Source: Betaproteobacteria bacterium (GTDB lineage: Bacteria > Pseudomonadota > Gammaproteobacteria > Burkholderiales > Casimicrobiaceae). From it: a stretch of DNA of 64,000 nucleotides. Where the stretch lies: contig JAOUIA010000002.1 of NCBI GenBank assembly GCA_029884335.1, forward strand, positions 34,474 through 98,473, in the 5' to 3' direction. The translations under genes were made by a program, and so were the position numbers. Below the pieces are notes generated by a model. That model ran no database searches and was not told where the DNA came from. It saw only the letters and a program-made list of their open reading frames with translations. Of the stretch, positions 20,401 to 30,872 are shown piece by piece; position 1 is the first letter of the stretch, and every line of letters starts with the position of its first letter.

Positions 20401-20601
20401 GGCGAGGTGCGTGTAGCCGGCGATGTCCGCGAACATCACCACGACCTCGCGCCGCTCGCCGGACGCTGCCGGCGCCTCGGGCGCGGCCGGAGCCGGCTCC
20501 GGCGGCGCGCCGGCGCGCACCGGCGCGCCGCACTGCGCGCAGAAGCGCGCGCCCGCCGCCAGCGCGGCGCCGCAGTCGCTGCAGAACCGCGGCGCGCTCA
20601 C
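17410..20601 (-). CDS. Zinc-ribbon + class III cyclase + AAA ATPase + TPR protein
   Basis: CSDC/CAQC, FADIAGYT, DKHIGD, GDAVNLASRLE, GEAGIGKT, LVVEDLHWAD, then TPR-like helices. Confidence 0.9.
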   Translation of the reverse strand: MSAPRFCSDCGAALAAGARFCAQCGAPVRAGAPPEPAPAAPEAPAASGERREVVVMFADIAGYTHLASQLDPEEVHRLLGRYFEVVDGIVASHGGTIDKHIGDAVMAVFGAPVAHDNDAERAVRAACAIHAALERLGDELGAKLAAHVGIAGGEVVAAGTGSAAHSAYTVTGDAVNLASRLEGMAKGGQTLVAGPVWRAVASFSEGESAGALAVKGLDAPVEAWRVLCLRPERLAAPPLVGREDELRQFDAALASVKSRGSGRLLLIRGEAGIGKTRLVEACAERARAAGFACHAALVLDFGVARGRGAIAALAAGLLGAPPGADSEERRRALAAALADGRVAADDEAALADSCELPLPPARKPTYEAMEPAARSRARQAALHALVAAAAANTPRLLVVEDLHWADALTLEGLAALGRACAASPALLVATTRIEGDPIDARWRAAAGSLPQLTLDLDRLRPEESIALAHALVGGDERRVLECIQRAEGNPLFLVQLLRDAGEGGAVPGSVRSLVLSRIDRLAPRDRDAVQAASVIGQRFGLPLLRHLVGVPDYACDALVGHFLVRPEGDEYLFAHALVAEGAYASLLNSRKREFHARAALWYAGRDARLCAQHLDRAGDAGAAAAYVAAAREQAAMLRLDDALALAERAIALAKEPDVRHAAATLRAEQLRDTGRTAEAIAAFEAAAAEAPGDAERCRALIGVASGHRLAGAPDAALGTLAQAQPLAEACGLRHEASVIHYLRGNIHFARGEADACRREHELALAAAREGRDAHDEANALSGLGDSAYATGRMLTARARFAEAVALARAHSLPRTESANLLMVGHCSTYLCEWDAALADVEEAARITRRLALPHGEVFALESLAMVCLHRGEHERAAASARAGLDLARSVGSRRYEAILLWVLAEVAIAAGDPEEARARLAEVRAIMEATRIGGFIGALLCSGEARVASDPEAARGALAEGEQWLARGSLGHCHLWYRADAIDVALDLDDPALALHHCDALEAYAAEEPLPWSGFHALRGRALAAHRRAPGEASRAALAAVRERTLALRFPRALARIDAALRR

Positions 20602-20617
20602 GGCCGCAGCCGGGTGG

Positions 20618-22108
20618 CTACCTGTCGACGCCGCCGAAGCAGACGTACTTCACTTCGACGAACTCGTCGATGCCGTACTTGCTGCCCTCGCGGCCGAGCC
20701 CGGACTGCTTGACGCCGCCGAACGGCGCGACCTCGGTCACCATCAGCCCGGTGTTGATGCCGACCATGCCGTACTCCAGCGCCTCGGCGACCCGCCACGC
20801 GCGGCCGATGTCGCGCGAGTAGAAGTACGAGGCCAGCCCGTACTCGGTGCGGTTGGCGAGCTCGATCACCTCGGCGTCGGTCTTGAACGGGATGAGCGGC
20901 GCCACCGGGCCGAACGTCTCCTCGCGGAAGATCTGCATGTCCGCCGTGACGCCGGTGAGCAGCGTGGGCTGGAAGAACGAGCCGCCGAGCGCGTGCCGCT
21001 TGCCGCCCGCGGCCACCTTCGCGCCGTGCTTCGTGGCGTCGGCGATGTGCTCCTCGGCCTTGGCCACCGCGGCCATGTCGATCATCGGCCCCTGCGTCAC
21101 GCCCGGCTCCGCGCCGTTGCCGACCTTGAGCGTGGCGATCTTCGCCGCGAACTTCTGCGCGAACGCGTCGTACACCTTCTCGTGGACGAAGAAGCGGTTC
21201 GTGCACACGCAGGTCTGGCCAGCGTTGCGGTACTTGGAGATCAGCGCGCCGTCGGCCGCGGCGTCGAGGTCGGCGTCCTCGAACACGATGAATGGCGCGT
21301 TGCCGCCGAGCTCGAGCGACAGCTTCTTGATCGTCGGCGCGACGTCGCGCATCAGCTGGCGGCCGATCTCGGTGGAGCCGGTGAACGAGAGCTTCCGCAC
21401 GATGGGGTTCGCGCACATCTCGCCGCCGATCGCGGCCGCGCTGCCGGTCACGATGTTGATCACGCCCGGCGGGAAGCCGGCGCGGTGGGCGAGCTCGGCG
21501 AGCGCCAGCGCCGAGTACGGCGTGACCTTCGCGGGCTTCAGGATCACGGTGCAGCCGGCGGCCAGCGCCGGCGCGACCTTGCGCGTGATCATCGAGCAGG
21601 GAAAGTTCCACGGCGTGATCGCCGCGCACACGCCGACCGGCTCCTTGGTGACGACGAGGCGGCGATCGTTGCCGATCGTCGGGATCACGTCGCCGTAGAC
21701 GCGCTTCGCCTCCTCGGCGAACCACTCGATGTACGCCGCGCCGATCGTCACCTCGCCCTTGCTCTCGCCGAGCGGCTTGCCCTGCTCGGTGGTGAGGATG
21801 AGCGCGAGGTCGTCGACGTTCGCCATCATGAGGTCGAACCACTTGCGCATGATGACGCTGCGCTCCTTCGCCGTCTTCGCGCGCCACGCCGGCCAGGCGC
21901 GGTCCGCGGCCTCGATGGCGCGGCGCGTCTCGGCAGCGCCGCACACCGGCGCCGTGCCGACGCGGCGGCCGGTCGCCGGGTTGGCGATCGTCGTCGTGCC
22001 GCCGTCGTCGGCGTCGATCCACTTGCCGTCGACGTAGCACTGCATGCGCAGCAGCGACGGGTCCTTCAGGGGCGGTACTTCGCGTTCCGGCGAGTCGGGG
22101 GGGGCCAT
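20618..22108 (-). CDS. gabD: NAD(P)-dependent succinate-semialdehyde dehydrogenase
   Basis: ITPWNFP, SFTGSTEIG, LELGGNAP, AGQTCVC and EETFGP motifs; GAGGAG SD before ATG 22108. Confidence 0.9.
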   Translation of the reverse strand: MAPPDSPEREVPPLKDPSLLRMQCYVDGKWIDADDGGTTTIANPATGRRVGTAPVCGAAETRRAIEAADRAWPAWRAKTAKERSVIMRKWFDLMMANVDDLALILTTEQGKPLGESKGEVTIGAAYIEWFAEEAKRVYGDVIPTIGNDRRLVVTKEPVGVCAAITPWNFPCSMITRKVAPALAAGCTVILKPAKVTPYSALALAELAHRAGFPPGVINIVTGSAAAIGGEMCANPIVRKLSFTGSTEIGRQLMRDVAPTIKKLSLELGGNAPFIVFEDADLDAAADGALISKYRNAGQTCVCTNRFFVHEKVYDAFAQKFAAKIATLKVGNGAEPGVTQGPMIDMAAVAKAEEHIADATKHGAKVAAGGKRHALGGSFFQPTLLTGVTADMQIFREETFGPVAPLIPFKTDAEVIELANRTEYGLASYFYSRDIGRAWRVAEALEYGMVGINTGLMVTEVAPFGGVKQSGLGREGSKYGIDEFVEVKYVCFGGVDR

Positions 22109-22139
22109 GAGCGTCTCCTCTTGCGGCAAGCCCGTCATT

Positions 22140-23066
22140 CTAGTCCTGCGGGACCGCGGCCGGCTTGCGCCAGGTCACCAGCAGCACGCCGGCCAGCACG
22201 GCGGCCGCGCCGGCGACCTGCAGCGCGCCGATGCGCTCGCCGAGCAGCGCGTGGCCGAAGCCGATCGTGAACACCGGGCCGAGGCAGCCGACCAGCGCGA
22301 CCGTGTTCGCGTCGACGCGCTTCAGCGCCTCGGCCACGCACCAGACGGGGACGAACGTCGACACGACCGCCATGGCCAGCACGAGCCCATGGACCGCGAG
22401 CGGCACGTCGAGCGCGGCGAGCGGGCGCAGCAGCGCGAACTGCACCAGCACGAACGCGGTGGACACGAGCATCGCCCAGGCGATGAAGCGGCGGCTGCCC
22501 AGCCGCGCGATCGCCGGCCCGGCGCCGACGAGGTAGGCCGCGTAGAGGAACGCGCTGCCGAACACCAGCGCGCCGCCGAGCGCCACGTTGGCCGACTGCG
22601 GCGAGGCGGCGAGGTCGTGCGCGAACACGAGCGCGATGCCGGCATAGGACAGGACGAGCGCGGCCAGCGTGCGGCGCGAGATGCGCCGGCGCAGGAACAC
22701 GGCCGACAGCAGCACGACGATCGTCGGGTAGAGGAACAGGATCAGCCGCTCGAGCGAGGCCTTGATGTGGAACAGCCCGGCGAAGTCGAGAAAGCTCGAC
22801 AGGTAGTAGCCGATGCAGCCGAGCCAGGCGATGGCCAGCACGTCGCGCCGCTCGAGCGGCGCCCGGCCCGGCGCGCGCTCCACGTGCCACGCGAGCGCGG
22901 CGAACAGCGGCGCCGAGTAGATCATGCGCAGCGCGAGCAGCGTGACCGGATCGACCGGGTGCGCCGCGTAGGCGAGCTTCACCAGCACCGCCTTGAACGA
23001 GAAGCCGAGGACGCCGACGACCGCGAGGAGAAGGCCGGCCGTGCGCTCGCGCGGGGTCAGTTCCAC
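22140..23066 (-). CDS. DMT/EamA family transporter
   Basis: About 10 hydrophobic segments; [10 protein letters not shown] motif; GTG start overlapping the uppP end. Confidence 0.85.
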   Translation of the reverse strand: MELTPRERTAGLLLAVVGVLGFSFKAVLVKLAYAAHPVDPVTLLALRMIYSAPLFAALAWHVERAPGRAPLERRDVLAIAWLGCIGYYLSSFLDFAGLFHIKASLERLILFLYPTIVVLLSAVFLRRRISRRTLAALVLSYAGIALVFAHDLAASPQSANVALGGALVFGSAFLYAAYLVGAGPAIARLGSRRFIAWAMLVSTAFVLVQFALLRPLAALDVPLAVHGLVLAMAVVSTFVPVWCVAEALKRVDANTVALVGCLGPVFTIGFGHALLGERIGALQVAGAAAVLAGVLLVTWRKPAAVPQD

Positions 23067-23887
23067 CGCACGAGGCCGGTCCAGGCCGTGACGAGCACGA
23101 CGGCGCCGAACGCGATGCGGTACCACGCGAACGGCACGAAGTCGTGCCGGCTCACGTAGCGGATCAGCCAGCGGATGCAGGCGAGCGCGCAGACGAACGA
23201 GACGACGAAGCCGACGGCGAACGCGGGCCAGTCGGCGGCGCCGACCAGCGCGCGCTCCTTCCACAGCGAGTAGGCGCCGGCGATCACCAGCGTGGGCACG
23301 GCGAGGAAGAACGAGAACTCGGTGGCCGCCTTGCGCGACAGTCCGAACAGCATGCCGCCGATGATCGTCGCGCCCGAGCGCGACATGCCGGGAATCAGCG
23401 CGAAGGCCTGCGCGATGCCGACCTTGAGCGCGTCGCCCGCGCTCATGTCATCGACCTCGGCCACGCGCACCGCGGCGGGCTGCAGGCGCTGGCGGCGCTC
23501 CGCCCACAGGATGATCAGCGCGCCCGCGATGGTGGCGACGGCCACCGGCACCGGGTGGAACAGCGCCGCCTTGATCGCCTTGCCGAACGCGAGGCCGAGC
23601 GCCGCGAGCGGCACGAACGCGATGGCGACGTTGCGCGCGAAGCGGCGCGCCGCGGCGCTCGATCCCAGGTGAAAGACGGCGTCGCCGAAGCGCCGCCGGT
23701 ACTCCCACACGACGGCGAGCATCGCCCCCGACTGGATGACGATCTCGAAAACCTTCGCCTGCTCGCCGACGTAGCCGAGCAGCGAGCCGGCCACGATCAG
23801 GTGGCCGGTCGAGCTGATCGGCAGGAACTCCGTGAGCCCCTCGACGATGCCGAGCAGCAGCGCGACGGCGAGCGAGGGGGCTTCCAA
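23057..23887 (-). CDS. uppP: Undecaprenyl-diphosphate phosphatase
   Basis: [37 protein letters not shown] and FAWYRI motifs. Confidence 0.95.
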   Translation of the reverse strand: MEAPSLAVALLLGIVEGLTEFLPISSTGHLIVAGSLLGYVGEQAKVFEIVIQSGAMLAVVWEYRRRFGDAVFHLGSSAAARRFARNVAIAFVPLAALGLAFGKAIKAALFHPVPVAVATIAGALIILWAERRQRLQPAAVRVAEVDDMSAGDALKVGIAQAFALIPGMSRSGATIIGGMLFGLSRKAATEFSFFLAVPTLVIAGAYSLWKERALVGAADWPAFAVGFVVSFVCALACIRWLIRYVSRHDFVPFAWYRIAFGAVVLVTAWTGLVRWN

Positions 23888-23906
23888 GCGGGCCCGAGCG
23901 CCCTAG

Positions 23907-24123
23907 GGAAGCTCTGCGTAACCCGCGGATGCGCGACGCGCTTCCCCGGGACGATGGCTAGGCGCGATCCGCCGGGCGTGGTAGGCCCCACGCTCAAGGA
24001 TCGCAACACCGCCAGCGCCCGGGGAAGCGCGTCCCGAAGGGCAGCCGAGCGAACTGCACATGACGGATTGCGGACAGTTCTTCATGCGAGGATGCGCGCG
24101 TCGTGAGGTTACGCAGAGCTTCC
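23907..24123. mobile_element. 217-bp IS5-like MITE
   Basis: Perfect 17-bp TIR GGAAGCTCTGCGTAACC; flanked by CTAG (23903-6) and TTAG (24124-7). Confidence 0.75.
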
Positions 24124-24696
24124 TTAGGCGCGCCGCTGGTTGCGTTCCAGGATCTCCAGCGCGCGCGTGACGGCGTCGTTGCTGCCCGCCTCGACGCGCC
24201 CTTGCGGCGTCAGCTCGTTGACGATCTCGGGGAAGATCGACGCGAGGCCGCCGGCCGCCTCGTCGGGCGAGACGCCCGCCTGCTCGGCCATGCGCCCGAT
24301 CTCCTCGCGGCCGAAGATCTGCGAGAGGACGTCCGGCGAGATCGGCATGTTCGGCCCCGTGCTCACCCACGAGTCGGCCTCGCGGCCGCGGCCTTCCTGC
24401 TGCATGCGGCCGAGCACGCCGCCCAGGCCGCCGTTCTTCTGCAGCATCTGCAGCGCCATCATCACCAGCGCGCCGAGCGCGGCGCCGCCGAGCCCGCCCA
24501 TGCCCGCCTGGCTCGGCGCCGGCATGCCGCCCGGCCCCATGCCGGGCATGCCGCCGCCGGGCATCCCCGGCATGCCGCCCATCCCGCCCATCTGGTTCAG
24601 GAGGTCGCCGAGGCCGCCCATGCCGGGCGACGGGCGTTGCCCGCCCTGCGCCATTCCGCCAAGCACCTGACCCAGCAATCCGTCGAGCAGTCCCAT
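24124..24696 (-). CDS. YidB/DUF937-family protein with a Gly/Met/Pro-rich insert
   Basis: MGLLDGLLG, GGLGGVL, DSWVSTGPN.PIS and IVNELTPQG motifs. Confidence 0.85.
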   Translation of the reverse strand: MGLLDGLLGQVLGGMAQGGQRPSPGMGGLGDLLNQMGGMGGMPGMPGGGMPGMGPGGMPAPSQAGMGGLGGAALGALVMMALQMLQKNGGLGGVLGRMQQEGRGREADSWVSTGPNMPISPDVLSQIFGREEIGRMAEQAGVSPDEAAGGLASIFPEIVNELTPQGRVEAGSNDAVTRALEILERNQRRA

Positions 24697-24801
24697 CGCG
24701 ATCTCCGCCTAGAGGTCCGAAGCGTAGTGCCGATTCCGCGCCGCCGCAGGCGCGCGTCCGGGGCACAGGATACCGCACGCGCGCGAACGCCCCGCGCGCC
24801 G

Positions 24802-25467
24802 TCAGCGCGCGATGCCGAGCTCCTCCATCACGCGCGCAAGCGCCGACTTGAGGCCGGCGACTTCGCGCGCGAGGTCGTCGACGTTGCGCTTGATCGCGGC
24901 GATCTCGCCGGCCGACACCGCGTCGCCGTGCACGGCGGCATGCGCCGGTTCGGCGAGCGCGGCGGGGTCGGGCGGCCCCGACAGCAGGTGCATCCACCGC
25001 GTTTCGCGCGATCCCGGCCGGCGCGGCAGCTCGGCGACGAACGGACCGCCGGCACGCGCGCGCAGCTCGTCGAGGTAGGCCTCGACCGACGAGACGTCGG
25101 CGAAGCGGTGCAGGCGCTCGCAGTTCGCGCGGATCTCCGCCGCCGTCTGCGGACCGCGCAGCGCCAGCGTGGCGAGCAGCGCGACGGACTCGGAGGGCAG
25201 CCCGAGCACGCGCGCGGCGTTCTCCGCGTAGCGCATCGCGCGCCCGCCGCTCGACTCGACGACGAGCGCGAGCTGCCGCAGGTGGTCGACGGCCGCCTGC
25301 ACGTCGGCTTCGCGCGCGTCGAGCACGGGGTCGCGGCTCGTCTTCTGGTTGCAGCCCGCGACCAGCGCGTTGAGCGTGAGCGGATAGGTGTCCGGGACCG
25401 TGTGGCGCTTCTCGACGAGGACGCCGAGGACGCGGGTCTCGAGCAGGGACAGGGCGGGAAGGCTCAT
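24802..25467 (-). CDS. YceH/DUF480 family protein
   Basis: ETRVLGVLVEK..TVPDTYPLTLNAL..GCNQKTSRDP, LRGPQT and RWMHLL motifs. Confidence 0.9.
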   Translation of the reverse strand: MSLPALSLLETRVLGVLVEKRHTVPDTYPLTLNALVAGCNQKTSRDPVLDAREADVQAAVDHLRQLALVVESSGGRAMRYAENAARVLGLPSESVALLATLALRGPQTAAEIRANCERLHRFADVSSVEAYLDELRARAGGPFVAELPRRPGSRETRWMHLLSGPPDPAALAEPAHAAVHGDAVSAGEIAAIKRNVDDLAREVAGLKSALARVMEELGIAR

Positions 25468-25564
25468 GGGATCGGCTCGCCGAGCGCCGGCAGTGTAGCG
25501 CGTCGGGCCGGTCTGCTATCGTTGACGGCGAAACCACGCTCCGCGCGGCAGGGAAGGCAACGAC

Positions 25565-26539
25565 ATGGCCAGCCAGAACGAAGTCACCAACATGGCGCTG
25601 TTCTGCGACTTCGAGAACATCGCGCTCGGGGTGGCGGACGCGCGCTACGAGAAGTTCGACATCAAGCGCGTGCTCGAGAAGCTGCTGCTCAAGGGCAGCA
25701 TCGTGGTGAAGAAGGCCTACTGCGACTGGGAGCGCTACAAGGCCTACAAGAAGACGATGCACGAGGCGAACTTCGAGCTGATCGAGATCCCGCACGTGCG
25801 CATCTCCGGCAAGAACTCGGCCGACATCCGCATGGTGGTCGACGCGCTCGACCTCTGCTACACGAAGTCGCACGTCGACACGTTCGTCGTCATCAGCGGC
25901 GACTCCGACTTCTCGCCGCTGGTCTCCAAGCTGCGCGAGAACGCGAAGACGGTGATCGGCGTGGGCGTGAAGAACTCGACCTCCGACCTCCTCATCGCCA
26001 ACTGCGACGAGTTCATCTACTACGACGACCTCGTGCGCGAGCAGAGGAAGGCGCCCGCTCGGCGATCGGCGAAGTCCGCCGCGAAGCCGTCCGCCGAGCC
26101 TGCGGAGCCGGCCGCCGAGGCGGCGCCCGCGACGAAGTCGAGGAAGACCGCCGCCAAGGCGACGAAGGCCGCGAAGACGCCGGCGAAGGGACGCAAGCGC
26201 GGCGCCAAGCAGGCCGCGGAAGACGACGCCGCCGCTCCCGGCGAGGCCGCGAACGAGCCGGCGTCCGCGCCGGTGCGCAGCGAGGACGATCGCCTCGCCG
26301 AGGCGCTCGAACTCATCGTGCACACGGTCGACGCGCTCGCCGCCGAGCGCGGCGGCGACGACAAGGTGTGGGGCTCGATGGTCAAGCAGGCGATCAAGCG
26401 CGTGAAGCCGGGCTTCAACGAGTCGTACTACGGCTTCCGCTCGTTCAACGCGCTGCTCGAGGAGGCGGCCTCCCGCGGGCTGCTGGCGCTCGAGCGCGAC
26501 GAGAAGTCCGGCGGGTACGCATTGCGCCTAGCAGGCTAG
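25565..26539 (+). CDS. NYN-domain protein with a C-terminal OST-HTH/LOTUS domain
   Basis: FCDFEN, GKNSADIRMVVDA, ISGDSDFSPLV; C-terminal PGFNESYYGFRSFNALLE. Confidence 0.88.
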   Translation: MASQNEVTNMALFCDFENIALGVADARYEKFDIKRVLEKLLLKGSIVVKKAYCDWERYKAYKKTMHEANFELIEIPHVRISGKNSADIRMVVDALDLCYTKSHVDTFVVISGDSDFSPLVSKLRENAKTVIGVGVKNSTSDLLIANCDEFIYYDDLVREQRKAPARRSAKSAAKPSAEPAEPAAEAAPATKSRKTAAKATKAAKTPAKGRKRGAKQAAEDDAAAPGEAANEPASAPVRSEDDRLAEALELIVHTVDALAAERGGDDKVWGSMVKQAIKRVKPGFNESYYGFRSFNALLEEAASRGLLALERDEKSGGYALRLAG

Positions 26540-26555
26540 CGCTTCACTTTCCGAT

Positions 26556-26652
26556 CGTCATCCCCGCGCAGGCGGGGATCCCGTGCCGTTGCACTCCCGC
26601 AGTGGAGTGCCGTGCCGAGAGTCGCTGGATCCCCGCCTGCGCGGGGATGACG
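26556..26652. repeat. CGTC-type REP inverted doublet
   Basis: Perfect 26-bp inverted repeat cgtcatccccgcgcaggcggggatcc at 26556-81 / 26627-52, between convergent genes. Confidence 0.85.
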
Positions 26653-26690
26653 ACGTGGAAGCGGCCGGCCTGAAGGCGGCCGCAGGAAGG

Positions 26691-27305
26691 TCAGGGCCCT
26701 CCCGTGTCGGGCCACCGCCGCACGATCGACGCGGGCGAGTCCTGCTCGCGGGGCTTCGGCGGCGAGGTCGGCGTGCCGGCGGCGATCCAGCCCACCAGCG
26801 TCTCGCCGGGCGAGCAGAACGCGGCGGCGACTTCGGGGTCGGACGCGCGCGCGCCCGAAAGCACCTTGCCGGCGTAGCCCATCAGCTGCAGCGCGTTCAT
26901 CGCGTTGGCCACCGCGCCGCCCACCGCCATCCACTGCTCGTGCGCCGGGACCTCGGGGTCGGCGACGATGCGAGCGATCACCGCGATGACCACCGGCGGC
27001 CGCGTCGCGCGTTCGCGCTCGGCGGCGACCTCCTCGGGAGGCTTGCCGCAGCGCCTGCCGTAGGCTTCGAACAGGTCGGCGAGGCGCTCCTTCGCCCCGC
27101 CGCGGATCACCGCGAAGCGGAACGGGATCTTCTTCTCGTGGTCGGGCGCGCGCAGGCTCGCCTGCGCGAGGCGCAGGATCTCGGCATCGCTCGGCCCCGG
27201 CTCGCGCAGGTATTTCGGCCCGGTCGAGTGGCGGTGCAGGAGGAACGCGAGCGCGGCGGCCCGGGCATCGGTGGCGGGGGATTCGATCGGCGGCACGGCC
27301 GGCAT
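26691..27305 (-). CDS. Nitroreductase family protein (YdjA-like)
   Basis: LLHRHS, ASLRAPDH..IPFRF and EQWMAVGGAV motifs. Start re-called to ATG 27305. Confidence 0.82.
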   Translation of the reverse strand: MPAVPPIESPATDARAAALAFLLHRHSTGPKYLREPGPSDAEILRLAQASLRAPDHEKKIPFRFAVIRGGAKERLADLFEAYGRRCGKPPEEVAAERERATRPPVVIAVIARIVADPEVPAHEQWMAVGGAVANAMNALQLMGYAGKVLSGARASDPEVAAAFCSPGETLVGWIAAGTPTSPPKPREQDSPASIVRRWPDTGGP

Positions 27306-27346
27306 TATCGCTCCGGCGTTCGCGGAGCGTCCCGGCGCCGAGGCGG

Positions 27347-29364
<2,018 letters not shown>

Positions 29365-29400
29365 GTGAGGGGGCAACGTTACGCCAAACGGCCTCCGCTG

Positions 29401-29486
29401 GAAAGTAGGGTCAGACCCTCATTTCAGGGGATCCGGAGATCCGACTCTGACCCCGACTTCAGAAACTCGACGCTGACCCTCGTTTC
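29401..29486. repeat. Three 25-bp GAAA...GGGTCAGA...TTTC repeats (one forward, two reverse)
   Basis: Units at 29401-25, 29436-60 and 29462-86; same family at 39979-40194. Confidence 0.75.
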
Positions 29487-30303
29487 ACCACCAGGCGTGG
29501 AAGTGGTGGGTCGGCCCGTGCCCCTTGCCGACGTCGAGCCGGTCGGCGGCGGCGATCGCCTTGCCGAGATAGTCCTTCGCGCGGCGCGCTGCAGCAGGCA
29601 CGTCGGGCGACTGCGGCAGGAGGGCGGCCAGTGCCGCCGACAGCGTGCAGCCGGTGCCGTGCGTGTTCTTCGTCTCGATGCGGGGCGCCGACAGTTCGAT
29701 CATGCGGTCCCCGTCGTGCAGCACGTCGATCGCGTCGCCGGCGGGCAGGTGGCCGCCCTTCAGGAACACCCAGCGCTCGCCTTCGTGCGTCATCGCATTG
29801 CGCAGGCGCTCCGCCGCGCGGCGCATCGCCTTCAGGTCCTGCGGCGCGGCGGACTCGAGCAGCACGCCGGCCTCGGGGAGGTTCGGCGTGATCATCGTCG
29901 CGAGCGGCAGCAGCGACTCGCGCAGCGCGCCCACCGCGGCGCGCTCCAGCAGCCCGTGGCCGCTCTTCGCAATCATCACCGGGTCGAGCACGACGTGCGC
30001 CGGCCGCCAGTGCCCGAGGCGGTCGGCGACCGCGACGATCACGTTCGCCTGGCCGACCATGCCGATCTTGGCCGCGTCGATGCGCACGTCGGCGAACAGC
30101 GTGTCGATCTGCCGCGCGACGAAGTCCGGGGGCACCGCGAAGATGCTGTCGACGCCGACGGTGTTCTGCGCGGTGAGCGCGGCGACGACGGCGCACGCGT
30201 ACGCGCCGTTCGCGCTCATCGCCTTGACGTCGGCGAGGATGCCGGCCCCGCCCGAGGGGTCGACGCCGGCGACGGTGACCACGTTGGGGATGCGCTGCGC
30301 CAT
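29485..30303 (-). CDS. thiD: Hydroxymethylpyrimidine/phosphomethylpyrimidine kinase ThiD
   Basis: AGVDPSGGAGILADVK, TAQNT, KIGM, DPVMIAKSG, ITPNLPEA and NTHGTGC motifs. Confidence 0.95.
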   Translation of the reverse strand: MAQRIPNVVTVAGVDPSGGAGILADVKAMSANGAYACAVVAALTAQNTVGVDSIFAVPPDFVARQIDTLFADVRIDAAKIGMVGQANVIVAVADRLGHWRPAHVVLDPVMIAKSGHGLLERAAVGALRESLLPLATMITPNLPEAGVLLESAAPQDLKAMRRAAERLRNAMTHEGERWVFLKGGHLPAGDAIDVLHDGDRMIELSAPRIETKNTHGTGCTLSAALAALLPQSPDVPAAARRAKDYLGKAIAAADRLDVGKGHGPTHHFHAWW

Positions 30304-30382
30304 GGCGGCGATGGTGCCACAAGGCGCCGCGCGCGGAACGGCAGGTATGATGCGCGGCGAGTTGCGCGTGAGGGGAATCGGC

Positions 30383-30862
30383 ATGGACGTGCTGTTGTGG
30401 GTCGCAGCGCTGGCGATGATCGTCGTCGGCGTCGTCGGCACCGTGCTCCCGGCGCTGCCCGGCGCGGTGTTCATCTTCGGCGGCATCGCGCTCGCCGCGT
30501 GGATCGACGGCTTCCAGCGCATCCCGGGCTGGGTGGTGGGCGTCGCCGCCGCGTTGACGGCGATCGCGTTCGTCACCGACTACGTGGCGGCTGCCCTCGG
30601 CGCGAAGAAGGCCGGCGCGAGCCGGCTCGCGATCGTCGGGGCCGCGCTCGGCACCGTCGCCGGCGTGTTCGGCGGCCCGCTGGGCATCCTGTTCCTGCCG
30701 CTGATCGGCGCCACGATCGGCGAGTACGTCTCTCGGCGCGACCCGGCGCACGCCGGCCGCGTGGGCGTGGCGACGTGGGTCGGCCTGCTGCTCGGCACCG
30801 CGGTCAAGGTGGCGATCGCGTTCACGATGATCGGCCTGTTCGTCGCGGCGCTCGTGTTCTGA
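30383..30862 (+). CDS. DUF456 family membrane protein
   Basis: GTVLPALPG and GAKKAGAS motifs; hydrophobic. Start re-called to ATG 30383. Confidence 0.85.
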   Translation: MDVLLWVAALAMIVVGVVGTVLPALPGAVFIFGGIALAAWIDGFQRIPGWVVGVAAALTAIAFVTDYVAAALGAKKAGASRLAIVGAALGTVAGVFGGPLGILFLPLIGATIGEYVSRRDPAHAGRVGVATWVGLLLGTAVKVAIAFTMIGLFVAALVF

Positions 30863-30872
30863 TGCGCCGGCC

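Noticed and set aside
17410-20601. Avs-type antiviral STAND (also 53059-55815)
   Set aside because: Cyclase-ATPase-TPR architectures are widespread signalling proteins. There is no nuclease-type effector or defence-island context, so a defence role is unsupported, though not excluded.
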